64,000 nt of DNA from Macrostomum lignano (lineage: Eukaryota): positions 124,001-188,000 of the forward strand of contig NIVC01002177.1 in the NCBI GenBank assembly GCA_002269645.1. The letters are read 5' to 3'. A program made the translations under genes and the position numbers. The notes below the pieces were generated by a model. That model was not told the DNA's origin and ran no database searches. It saw only the letters and a list, made by a program, of their open reading frames with translations. This document shows positions 51,608 through 63,100 of the stretch, one piece after another; positions within the stretch are counted from its first letter, which is position 1; each line of letters begins with the position of its first letter.

Positions 51608-54600
51608 ATGTCTGTAGCGACAGCTATCGGTGAGCGTCAGACAGAGAAGGAAGAAGAAGCGACGAGCCAAGCAAAAACCTGTTCAGTGGGCATTCAATAC
51701 TGCTGCCAGCACATGGATGCGGAGACGGACAGCGGCCCGGCGGTAGTGAAGGCTAGCGATGACCCGACCAGTCCATCAGCACAGCTGCCTAACGGATCGT
51801 ATTTGGATGAGGAGAAGCCAGCAGAGGATTGCGTCGCAAGTGAGGAGCCAGTAATGCAGGAGCAGGAGGCCCAAAACAAAGAGCAGCAGGAGACTGAAGC
51901 GGTTGTATCAGCTGAGAGCGAACTGCTAGCGGATAGTGCCTCCGGTGTGGAGACAGAGCTGCAGAAGGCTGACTGTGAGTCAGAAGAAGAGCTAGAACAG
52001 CCTTCAATGGATGTTCTCGAGCCAAACGATGAAGGTGCTGTTCAGCTCCATCAAGAAGAGGCTCAGGAGGAGTTGGCCATCACCGTCACAGAAACATCGG
52101 AGACGCTGGTCATCGAGTCAGGCACGGATGTAGCGATTGAGCCAGTAGAGGCGAGTACTGAAGATGTAGCTCAAGAACCTGAGCGTCCGGAAAAACCTGA
52201 CGTTCTCCCAGTCTCGGATAGTGATGCTCACGCTATTGATGAGGCCGAAAGCACAGAGGAGGCGGCCAACGAAGCCAACGAAACAGAAGTCAGCACTGCT
52301 GAGCCTGAGAATGAGGAAACTCCCAAAAAAGTGGACGTCGAATCGGAGGCGGAGACTGTACTTCCTGAAAAAGCAGAGAATGAAGAAGTGGACTCAAACT
52401 CAACCGAGAAAGTAGAGGAGGAAGCTGCAGTGCAGGAGGCTAAGGAGGAGGCGATCGAGTCGTCTGACACTCGGCAGCCTCCAGCGGAAGCAGCGGAAGC
52501 AACAACTCTTGAACCAAAAGCAGATGAACCAGCGGGTCGAAAATCAAGCCACCTTCGGAGAAAAAGAGCACAAAGAAAGCGGAGCCCAAGAAGGCTCCGT
52601 TGGCTGGCAGTAAGCCCTCACCAGCCGTGACAAAATCCAAGCCAGGGACTTCTCACCCTACCACAAAAGCTGGCGCAGATAGTCGGAAGGAGGAGGTAGC
52701 GGCGGCTTCAAAAACCAAGAGGACCCCAACAATGCCAAAGCGAGCGACAGCCATCCCCGTGCCATCAAAAACAGAGCACGAAGAGGCTTCCGGTAGTGCT
52801 GAACATAAGACATCAGCTCCAGTGCGCCGCACCTCTGCAGCCCGCACCACTGCCCCGAAACAGCAGCAGCATCAGGAGGAAGCCAAAGACGCCAAATCAA
52901 GTGCGTCTCCGCTGAAATCCAAGCCAACGGCAGTGCGAAAACCTGCCGCAGCCACCGAAGAAAAGGACGGAGATGAGAAGCCTGTGCCGACCAGCAAGCC
53001 GCCACCAAAGCGGCGCTCTATCACCTCGGAAAAGCCAGCGGCGACAACCCGCGAAAAGGTCCGAGTGAGCTCGGCGGCCGATGCAACCGTCAAGACTACG
53101 CGTACGGCAGCGACGGCTTCTCGGCGAGCAACAGTTGGTGATGCTCCGACAACTTCAGCTGCAGGAGCCACCTGCGCTGATTCTGCTTCTACTGCTGCTG
53201 CTAGTCAGAGCTCTGCTATCCAGGCCGCCAAAGCAGACGAGCTGCGCAGGTCAAATTCTTCACAGTTGAGCAAGACTGAGTCGGGCGGCTCAAGCGAAGT
53301 CTTTCCGGATGGCAGCGGAGCGAGTGGCGGCGGTGGCGGCCCATCCCGTTTGCGAGCTCCAGGAGTCAGCCGAGTGCACCGGGTGACCCAGCGCACACCT
53401 GACTCCACTGAGCTGCAGCACGTTACGAAGGCAACCCCAATGCCAGGTATGAGGCTTTTCAACAAGTTATACTGATGTAAACTTTTTATGAGCAGATTGA
53501 AGTTAGATTTTTTAGAAACTAAAAACTATGAAACACTGGGACAGGGAAAATCTGTTATTTGTTACAGAAATACGCGGCGGAGTGGAGGTCAAACAGACTG
53601 CGGCAAGCCGCGGCCGCTTGCAGAAGCTGCAGGAGGAGGCCAACAAGGCGCTGGAGGCCAGTAACGAAAATCAGTATCTGACGCCACTGCAGCGCAAAGA
53701 GTCCGAGGTTAAAGAGCTGCGGCGGCTACTGCAGGAGGCCTATCAGGTTAATATTCAGCTTGTTATCTATGCATACTACTACCAGTAGGCATACTAGTGG
53801 CTAGAGCGTCGGACTCAAGACTGAAAGGTCGGGGGTTCGATTCTTGACAAACTCAGAAAAATTTGTGTTCAATTGAGCAAGACACTTAACTCTGCATTGC
53901 TTCAGTCCACCCAGCTGTAAAATGGGTGCCAGCATTAGCTGGGGTAATTGAGGGTGTGTGTGGCGACCCACCCTCCCAGTCCTTGGACTGAACAGCCGTA
54001 CGCAGCCATCAGATGCGCCTCGAAATTGCTGTGGCTGAGCTGTTGGTTGCACATCTGGCCATTGGGGCAGGTGGAGTCAAATATTATAATTAACATTATT
54101 AATACTATTATACTACGAGTAGTTGTTTAAAAAATTACTAGCTTCACTAGTACGTGTACATATTGTACATTCTCTGAACAATGGTCGATCTGCTGGCTTC
54201 CGAATCTCTCAGGTCATCACGGAACGCGAGGAAGAGATTGAGGCAGCGGCCCGCGAAAAAGCTGAGGACATCAGCATGGCCGTCAAGGATAAGGAGGAGT
54301 TCATAGCCGAGCTGCAGGCGGAGATTGACCAGCTGACACTGGACTATCAGGCGCTCACCGCCCTGCACGGGGAGGTGAAGAGACGCGAGGAAGAGCTCGA
54401 ACGGGAGGTGGCTCGACTGCGCCAGGAGATGGAGGAGCGCGAGCAGCGCCACCAACAGTACTATTTGGAGATGTACCGCAAGGGCCAGGAGTCTGCCAAG
54501 TTTGAACGGCAAGATGAGGTGGGTAAAATTACATGAAATGCATGCTTTCCTATTTCCTTCTATGCTTATATATTAACAGAGATAAAATCCTTGTGAAATT

Positions 54601-55590
54601 AAAAAAAAAACATTTCAGTTGGAAAAGTTGGCGGTCCAAGAGCCGGACAAAGTGTCCATTGATGAGTTGGTGGAGAAGCTGGAGCTAACTCAGCAGGATC
54701 TGCACAAGTGGCAGACTCTAAAACTGATGGAGACCTACTCGGAAAGTGAGCAGCCGGCCACGGAAGCGGATGCCAGACTCAGGTTGGTTATCAAGGCATC
54801 AGTGGAATTTCAGACTGCAATTTGCAGGAATTTACATTTAAAGCAGGGGTCGAAAAACTTCGGCCCGCGGGCCACACGAAGCCCACAAATAATCTCTATC
54901 TGACCCTCGGGTCCTTTGAAACTTTACAATAGCAATCTGGCTCGCTCAAGGTTTGTGTCTCTCCTCTCCTCTCTCTTCTCTCCCCTCTCCCCTCTCCCCT
55001 CTCCCCTCTCCCCTCTCTCCTCCTTCCCCTCTCTCCCCTCTCTACCCTCTCTGCCCCTTCTTCCCTCTCTCCCATCTCTCCCCTCTCCCCTCTCCCCTCT
55101 CCCCTCTCCCCTCTCCCCTCTCTCCCCTCTCTCCCCCTCTCCCCTCTCCCCTCTCTCTCCCCTCTCTCTCCCCTCTCCCCTCTCTCCCCCCTCTCCCTCT
55201 CTGCCCCTCTCCCCTCTCTCCTCCCTCCCCTCTTCTCTCTCTTCTTTACCCTCTCTCTATCCCCTGTCTCCTCTCTCCCCTCTCCCTCTTCTCTCTTCTC
55301 TCATCTTTTATTCTCTCTCTCCTTTTCACTCTCATCGGACCTGCAGCCATGAGCTGGATTCTTCATCTGGATTTAGAAGATTTTGAGTTTGCCGACCTCT
55401 CATTTAAAATGGTATATATTGTGATTTCAGATTCCTGAGGGACTCGATGTTCCACTACCTGACCGAGAAGGACCGCGACCAGGGCTTGCAGCATTTGACG
55501 GCCATAATCGGCATATTCAATTTTACCGAGGTGCAAATGGCTACTATTATGAAGTCCCTGTCTGACAGGAAGAAGCGAGGCAAAATTTAA
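51608..55590 (+). CDS. Coiled-coil protein with Glu-rich and Lys/Pro/Thr-rich N-terminal regions and a C-terminal GRIP-like domain (quick-to-court-like), about 882 aa; exons 51608-53446 (needs +1 nt near 52534-52545), 53568-53746, 54213-54518, 54619-54782, 55431-55590
   Basis: Intron phases 1,0,0,2 are consistent, with canonical GT-AG sites and heptad-rich exons. The last exon RFLRDSMFHYLTEKDRDQGLQHLTAIIGIFNFTEVQ resembles the GRIP pattern. The similarity to quick-to-court is from memory and has not been searched. Confidence 0.75.
53789..54110 (+). mobile_element. SINE family A, copy 4, intronic
   Basis: Same head and core; 12-bp TSD TACTAC(C/G)AGTAG at 53777-53788 and 54111-54122. Confidence 0.85.
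54844..55401. mobile_element. hAT (Charlie-like) MITE, copy 3, opposite orientation (TC-rich core), intronic
   Basis: Starts CAGGGGTCGAAAAACTTCGGCCCGCGGGCC and ends AGTTTGCCGACCTCTC. TSD ATTTAAAG / ATTTAAAA (7 of 8 match). Confidence 0.85.
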
Positions 55591-56518
55591 ATCAACGTAG
55601 GATAGTTTTAACAAACTTTCTTTAAATCATTTAATAACAGAGTCGGTTGCAGAAAGTGCTGGTTTTTTCTTTGGAATCTCCCCCTCAAACGTGGCTCATT
55701 TCTCTCCTTCCCTGCTTTTAAACATATTTACATCCTCTGTAAAAGCAGAGCTTACTCTTCTCATCCACAAAATATTAGCTTTTAAAAATTTTCCTGATTA
55801 TTTACTGTCATTGATTCATAGAGAACGCAATAGTCCAAGTAAAACCAATATTAAATTCTCGTTCAGTTGATTCCAACCTTCAGTCAATACATGCAATCGT
55901 ACATCTAACATGGTTCAGGATTTTTCTTGCTAAGTTTTTGCCTATTCTACTCTTGCCCAAAGTGTTATAGCTTCTAGTACGATTGCTATTATAGTGTTTT
56001 AACAATTCACTATGTGAGTTTAGCCTTTTTGAACCTGCTGTACAGCTCCAAATAAACATTAGTCAACTCATAATTTGCATGCATTGACTTCCTAGCTGCC
56101 TTGTCTACAGTGAGATGACAGTAACTTCGGTGCGATGGTATCGTATAACCGCTGTTTAGGAATGGAGCTCCTTGTTTAGAGCAAGCGGATTTTTGCAAGG
56201 ACGACTTAAAATGGGTTTTCCTTAATTTTTTCTTGAAAATGAATCCAGAACATTGCAAGTTCATAATAAAAAATAAGTTACAGGTTCCAGATTCAATGGC
56301 AGTGCACCATTGGAAAACTCTGTAGTACGAAGATTTATAATTTTCCATAAAAGTTTTATTCGAGACCAAACGGTCTATAAGTTTATGTGCCGGCCTTTAC
56401 AGTCCCCAAAGGCTACGTAATTGTAGCTCTGAATCTGACGTCATCACTGCAGCATCACTCTCGCATGGGCCATAAGTTGCTACGAGCTATTAGTTGTCGT
56501 CTCAAATGTGAGCGTCAG

Positions 56519-57431
56519 GAAGATGAGCACCAGCACCGAGGGCGGAAGCGTGGGAGCCGTGCTGCGATCCCTGCCTGCGCTCGTCGACCACCGGACGAAA
56601 ATCCCTGCGGGCTCCGCCAGCAACCGCTGCAAAGTCGTCAAGGCTGCTCGGGCGCGCCAATTTGACGTCAAGGCGGTGTGTGACGACCCCATAGCAACGG
56701 CTGCCATTGAGGACTTCAAGCGGCCTCTGTATCGCAAGGATATCTTCTATGCCGGCTCTGTGGCGAGTCTGGCGAGTTCCAGAATACGGAAAAGGTCAGC
56801 AGTGACGCCGAGCCAGCTGGTCATCTCAATGACGCGAATCCCCGGCGAAATGTCAACTCAAGGTTCAGTGAGAACCATCGCCAAACCGGAAAAGATGCCT
56901 GATGGGGAAGAGTCTGAGGACGAGACTGCGGCTTGGGTGCCCAAACCCATCCGTGATGCGTTCCTCCTGATGACCGATTTGTCTCTGTTAAAGGACTCCG
57001 GCTTCCTAATAACTTGGATAGCGAACTTGGTATCCATGCTATCGTTCTACATTCCGCTATTCTTCATCGGAGACTTCGCCAGAGAGGCCGGAGTCTCCGA
57101 CGGTGAGTCCAGGTATCTGAATGCAGCCTTCGGCAGCGCCAACACCCTCAGCCGCATTCTGGTCGGATGGGCCGCCGGCAACCCGAAGGTGTCGCCCCTG
57201 CTCGTCAACAATGTCTCGCTATTCTTCAGCGCAGTCCTGGTGCTGGTGCTCAACTACTCAACCAGCTTCCCGATGCTGATTGCCATCTACACGGCGCTCG
57301 GCGTCACTCTGGGACCCTTCATCACCCTCACCTCGGAGATTCTGTGCCGCCTGGTTGGCCTAGACACTCTCATAGCCTCATCACTCTGGCCAGGGGAATC
57401 AGTACCATCAGTAAATGAAATGGATTTTTAG
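56519..57431 (+). pseudogene. Fragment of an SLC16/monocarboxylate transporter (MFS): central loop plus about TM7-TM10
   Basis: RPLYRKDIFYAGS loop motif, DLSLLKD, FYIPLFF, FGSANTLSRILVGW, ILCRLVGLD. No N-terminal TM1-6 or final TM exons are visible in the window. Confidence 0.7.
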
Positions 57432-57799
57432 CCTTGTAATTTTTCATTAAGTGTTTTAATCATCCATTTCAAATTGCTTCTCAAGAACTATCAAAATGAT
57501 CCCTACATGCATGAGCTCCCTAAGATCAATAATATACTGACGGGTCGTCAAACGGCAGTTATTAAAAAAAACACTTGAAAATCGATCAGTTTTTTTTTCA
57601 ATTGCAATCCAAGCCATCCCAACACGGTGCCATTCAGTTGAGCAAAATGAGGCAAAGACAACTCAGGCAGCACGATGGTGCAAATGCGGTTCGCAGCTGC
57701 AGCAGCAGGTCTCGTGTATTTCTGCTAGTTAACCAGCCATACGCCGGTACTCAGCATTGCTGCAGTGGAAAATCCCCAGTCCAAGGTCAGTCCAGCAGT

Positions 57800-58468
57800 T
57801 TAGCTGTCGGGGGTCGGCAGGCCCTTGGTCTTCTCGCTGCACGGCTTTCTGCCCTCTCCGCGCTTCGGCTTGTAGAACTTGGCGCTGGCGCACAGCTCGG
57901 GCAGCTCGAAGTACTTGTCCTTGGGCTGGTGGAAGCCGAAGAAGAAGAGAATACCGCCGGAGCACTGGCCGTTCTTCCTGTACTTCTTCTTGATGAGGAT
58001 CGGCACGCAGCGGTCATCGATGACGCCGCCCAGCTTGATGGAGAGGTCGCCCTTGGTCATGCGGCCGCAGTGCACGCTGATGGGCACCTTGCGGCTGGTG
58101 ACGGTGGAGCGGGCCACCACGCGGTTGTTCGGCCACATCTTGGGGCACAGGGTGAGGAAGTACTTGGCGTGGCTCACGGGGATCTTCACGCACCGGGCGT
58201 TGGCGGCGCTGGTGCCCCAGGCGTAGTAGCCGACGCCGGCCTCGAAGTCGAACATGGTGTAGTGGTGTCCGGAGTAGTTCTGGGACTTCACCTTGAAGTA
58301 GGCGGCCACCTTCTTCTTCTCCTTGGAGCCGGCGATGCCTCCCAGCAGCTTGAGGTAGGTGCCGTTGTGGTAGCCGAGACCGGCCACTCCGATGGCTCCC
58401 TCTCTGGGCGGGTTCTCGCAGGCCAGGGCGGTGGCCACCAGGGCGGTGAGCAGCAGCAGCAGCTTCAT
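57800..58468 (-). CDS. Secreted, intronless, Lys-rich 222-aa protein, ependymin-related (EPDR)-like
   Basis: ATG start, signal peptide MKLLLLLTALVATALA, strong GC3 bias, 8 Cys. Pattern CENP...MFDFEAGVGY...RCVK...DRCVPI...FFGFHQPKDKYFELPELC parallels the ependymin domain. Sequons NGT and NYS. The ORF is secure; the family call is moderate. Confidence 0.75.
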   Translation of the reverse strand: MKLLLLLTALVATALACENPPREGAIGVAGLGYHNGTYLKLLGGIAGSKEKKKVAAYFKVKSQNYSGHHYTMFDFEAGVGYYAWGTSAANARCVKIPVSHAKYFLTLCPKMWPNNRVVARSTVTSRKVPISVHCGRMTKGDLSIKLGGVIDDRCVPILIKKKYRKNGQCSGGILFFFGFHQPKDKYFELPELCASAKFYKPKRGEGRKPCSEKTKGLPTPDS

Positions 58469-58545
58469 CTTGAGTCAGAGAGTCTGGATGTCCGGCAGTG
58501 AGAAATCGAGTGGACTTGATGGACTCTGGTCGCTGGCCAGGGGTG

Positions 58546-58554
58546 CTTTTTATG
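58546..58554 (-). promoter_or_regulatory. TATA-like box CATAAAAAG about 80 nt upstream of the EPDR-like ATG
   Basis: Motif and position only. Confidence 0.3.
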
Positions 58555-59133
58555 CACCTGGACTGCTTGACCACCTGGCAGCTCGGCGTTCAAACATTTG
58601 GCAACAGAATTTGTTGGCAACCAGCAGGTGCGCAAATTGATGCTCATGGCTACTGCCGGTGTTTGCTCGGGGATCGATGGTCAGCTGACTTGAGCACCGC
58701 TTTTCTGCTTGCCGATTCCATAGCGCTCTGGTCAGCCCTGCTGACTGGAGCAATGCTCGTCTGTTTGATTGCAAACTGCATTTGTTTTAATAAAGTTGAA
58801 AAAATAAGCTGTCTATTCGCTTTCGCAAAATGCCCAGCAACAAAGTTTCTACAATAGGTTTGTACCAACCAACCCCCATAAGATCAACAGAGCTCATGTT
58901 TGCACTGCTGTTTTTGCTGTGCACACAGTTTTGTCAAAATACAATTCCTAATATCTAGCTATTGTTTGAAGAAACTGTTTGGTGAAAAAGTCTGAAGCTA
59001 GGGGCGTCGCCATCGGAGGGGACAGGGGGGCATGCCTCCCTCCCCCACTAAAAGCTGTGGGGCATGCCAATACTTTGCCCCCCCCTCCTCCTTGTGATCC
59101 GATATGGAAATCAAGAATTTTGTTTGAGGAAGC

Positions 59134-59241
59134 AAAATGAGTGTCTCCGGCGCTAAAATGAGTGACTGCGGCGCCAAAATGCGTGACTTCGGCGCTAAAA
59201 TGAGTGTCTCCGGCGCTAAAATGAGTGACTGCGGCGCCAAA
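59134..59241. repeat. 21-bp tandem repeat AAAATGAGTG(T/A)CT(C/G)CGGCGC(T/C), 5 copies
   Basis: Read directly. Confidence 0.85.
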
Positions 59242-59973
59242 CTGCTTGTAGCAGACCTTATTATGGATTGTTTATTGCAGCATAGCAACCGAATCAAGGA
59301 GTTCTATAATTAGCAATCTAGAGTGGAAACGAGTTTTTCAGTTTTGCCTTATGAGGCCAGACTAGCATAGACAGAGTCATAGACATTCAGTGCTGGCTCC
59401 TTATCTTTACAATTTGCGTGGCCTTATGAGGTAAAACTTGTTTCCACTCCCGATTGATAATTATAGAACTCCTTGAACCGAATAAGGATTGCACTGAATC
59501 AATGGTCTCTTGGCCATAGACTATTGCAGCTGGCGGGGCCATAGAAGTTTTTTGTCTATGGTAAAACCCTATTTGCATGTAATAGCTTCAGGGAAAATGA
59601 ATTTCGGCCATAGACAGCCAACCAGTTTCAGCCAACCAATAAGCGAGAACTGAACCGGAGCCGAGCAATTCATGGTTTCATTCATCCATGGCCTCAGTGC
59701 GGTTTAAGTTCGTCTCTCAACGGAATTTTGTCGAATTTTTGCTAAAACTGAATGAATAATTATGGCCTACTTACTACATTGGGCTTGCGACATCCTAATT
59801 GTACTTTTTGCAATCCGCGGCAAGGCTGCAGTTGAATAGGCATTTTCTAAAATCAATATATTTATTTATTTAATCTGAGTATTTTGCAATACGGTCTTTG
59901 TTGTTGTATTTATTTAATTTCGCTGTCAATTCAGCAGAGACCTGTTATCTCTCACTCTAGTTCAGAAATTCTT

Positions 59974-60156
59974 TCTCATCATAGGAAACAATGCTGGTTT
60001 GCTGAACAGAGCTAGTTAGAATAGGCACATTGAATCTCATCATAGGAAACAATGCTGGTTTGCTGAACAGAGCTAGTTAGAATAGGCACATTGAATCTCA
60101 TCATAGGAAACAATGCTGGTTTGCTGAACAGAGCTAGTTAGAATAGGCACATTGAA
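59974..60156. repeat. 61-bp tandem triplication
   Basis: Three apparently identical copies starting at 59974, 60035 and 60096. Confidence 0.92.
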
Positions 60157-63100
60157 TTCCCAGATAAATCAAACAAAGCATTGGGGCTAAGCGCAGACAA
60201 GGCCACAGAACAGGTAACGCGATTTCATAAAACTGCTTCACAATAGATCATCTATCCCAACACAAAACTGATATTACGAGTGATTCTTTAGAGTGGATTG
60301 CTTTATTGACAGGTTAGAGGAAAAGTTCTAAAGCTTTAAAAATCTAAAGCAAGGATTTCAGCGAAAACAACTCGCTCGGCTTGCATTCGGTATTGGAATA
60401 GCATATGCCGAGCCATATACTGCTCAGTTGGACCATAGACTAAATTTTTGGCTATATTAGGAATGAGACTTCACTCAAAATCAAAAAATTGAAATTTCAT
60501 TCAATAACAGCGAACGATAGGTAAAGTTTATATTTTAAGATGAATAATTTTCGTCCCCATTCTACCAATCTTATAATTTGATTCTGTGTGCAGAATTTCA
60601 GAATTTTTAGAAATTGAAAAATACAACTAATCTTGGCTCGAATCTTCAAATTCTTCCGGTGCAGCGCGGTTTTCCGCGCCGAAGAATCGTTGATAACGTA
60701 AACTGGGTCACTTGCCCCGTTTCATAAGATTGCGAAACAATCCAATCGGACTCCAACCACAGTGGAGATCAAGCCGTGTAAAAATTATTTGGCAGTTAGA
60801 AAACTTCTCGAAACGACCGACGGCATCAATTCCAATTTGTACCTTGGTGATGGTTGATTTCAAATTAATTCTCACTTTCAATGCTTTCTGAGCAAAGCTC
60901 TTCAGTTCATCCACATTGGGTCAGTCGCTAGCAGCTTCTCTGAATCGTCGAAAGCTATACGATGTGGTTCAACATATGGGAAGCAGCCATTCGTTCTCGC
61001 TTGCAGCGGCAACTACATGTAGCTTTCTATTGTGATCTCCTTACCTTTCTCCCTCACCTTGTCGTTGACGCAACCCTGTGCTTCAGCTTCACACACCTTA
61101 GGTGGACAACTTTTGATAGAAGAACATCATATTATACTACCCCGCTATAGTGAGGACAGAGCTCGCACTACATGATGTAGCTCGTCATCGTCGACTGTCG
61201 ACTGTTTGCTGGCTGAAGTACTACGAGCGTAGGATTCTGTCGGCGGCCTATGTTCGTGCCCTGGCCGGAGTTGCGCTCCTGTGACGCGCTTAATCTGTCT
61301 TTATAAAACTCAGCATAAATCATATTTTTGCTTTTGCAAGTGTATTAAAAAACCTTACCGGTTGTCTATTTTAACAAATTAGAATACTTTACTTTCAAAA
61401 ACTTAATTTTAATACTCAGAAGTAACATAGCTGCTTTAGAAAATTAAATAAAAGGTAAAATAATGGTAACGTACTACTCTTGAAAAAAAGTCAATGACTC
61501 TTGTAATTAACTCAATTTAAATCAAGCGTTTATCATTCTTTTTGCAAACTGTTTGATTGTGTCGTGTATTTCCTATTCAACTTTTACAACCAATTTTGGC
61601 TCTCCCGCTGTCTTTTTATGTTTATCTACTAAAGATATTTGTAGTTTTTCAGCAATCAGTCGTATCAATTGGACAGTATTAGCCTTTTTATCCAATTTTA
61701 TTTTGTTAATAGTTGCTGTTCTGTAATTGCCAGAAAAATTGCATCACAGTAAATAGTAGGCCTAATATAATAAAGAATCGAGCCGTCCGTTTAAACATTC
61801 AAGAGGCTGCTGTTGTAGCATATACTAAATGCAGTTCTTCCGGCGGCTATTTCATCACCTTCGGCCAAGATCTCCTCGGGACAATTCAGATGGAGTGCAT
61901 GACAAAAGCACACTTCATTGTGTCGTCCAGTATCTCGATAACACAGAAGCAAATTTTAATGTTAATGTGAGTACACTGTATTCAAATTGTATTCATTTAA
62001 TAATTCTTTATTGAAAATTTTTTAACACGTAACAGAAATAAATAATTAGAACAAATTAACTAACAAATTAACAAATTAACTAACAAAATTAATTAACAAA
62101 AGCCATGCATACTTTGTTTAGCCCACACTCACATAGGGTTTATAGCAGCCCTTTAAATTTCTTATCATAAGAAATATGCATTATCTATGTCTTTGAGGTG
62201 GTCCTCATAGGTATAAAGTGTACACTCCCTGGTCATATTTCACACATAAGCACACATAGGCTATATGCTATAACTTTTATTATAAGTCCTAATTTTACTA
62301 TTATTACTATTAAAACGTCTCTAAAACTTAATGCACTGCGATATCCTTGTTGACGCATTTTTCTGATATCCCCAAGAAAATATAGTATTCATTATTTAGT
62401 AATAAAAAATATAGCAAGTTAGCAACTCCTTTAGGTTTGTAGCAGTTTTGATACTTATAGGAAAGTTCTTAGTATAGCCACTCTAGTAAAGGTTAGACAA
62501 GATGAAAATTTATAAAAGTGGGATTAAGGTCTTTATTTAATTATACATGTTTATAAATATATAATATGCCTAGATCTAAATAGATGAAATCAATTTTTTA
62601 TCAGGTACCATTAGGATTCCATCCTATCTCTAACCCATAGATAGCATTCCTAAAAAGGTAAATACTTGGAAACTGCAATCTTAGAAAAATATAACTTCCA
62701 ATTTCGACTCTAAGATAGTGTCTTATAGATAAATTAGCTTATTCATAGCAAGGGATATCATTTCTCCTCATACTGCTGAATGATATAGAAAATAAAGTTG
62801 TCAATACAAAGTTTATTTAGAAAAAATAGAACTGTTTTGTTGATTTGCAAATAACTATAGCTTGACTAATCATGATCTCAGTTGTAACTACAAAAAATAA
62901 TAGGTAACATTATTTTTTATTTCATTTTACTTAATATATTTTCAAAAAACTAATCAATTTATCGCAAACAATCAATTAAATAGTTTCAGTTCAGAGAGGC
63001 AGATCAGCATTAATTTTTTACTACTATGATTTTACTTTATGATATTACAGTTTTAACATCTTGGTCATAATAGATCTGTCTTCCAGTTGTTCAACAAATT

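Noticed and set aside
52528-52627. Programmed -1 ribosomal frameshift
   Set aside because: No in-frame X_XXY_YYZ heptamer in the overlap; an indel in a homopolymer is simpler.
54916-55438. Ser/Pro/Leu-rich ORFs (also at 10311 and 38761)
   Set aside because: Translations of the MITE purine/pyrimidine core.
57575-58574. 308-aa + strand ORF and other overlapping ORFs
   Set aside because: Antisense or shifted-frame shadows of the GC3-rich EPDR-like gene, with non-ATG starts or no coherent features.
59974-60156. C/D snoRNA cluster in the 61-bp triplication (ATGATGA on the minus strand)
   Set aside because: No box D CTGA or terminal stem.
62520-62830. Faint RT-like peptides (QGISFLLILLNDI; FTFLGM...GILMVPDKK) or a mitochondrial insertion in the AT-rich end
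   Set aside because: Catalytic motifs are absent, stops are frequent, and no mitochondrial gene is recognisable. Too weak without a search.
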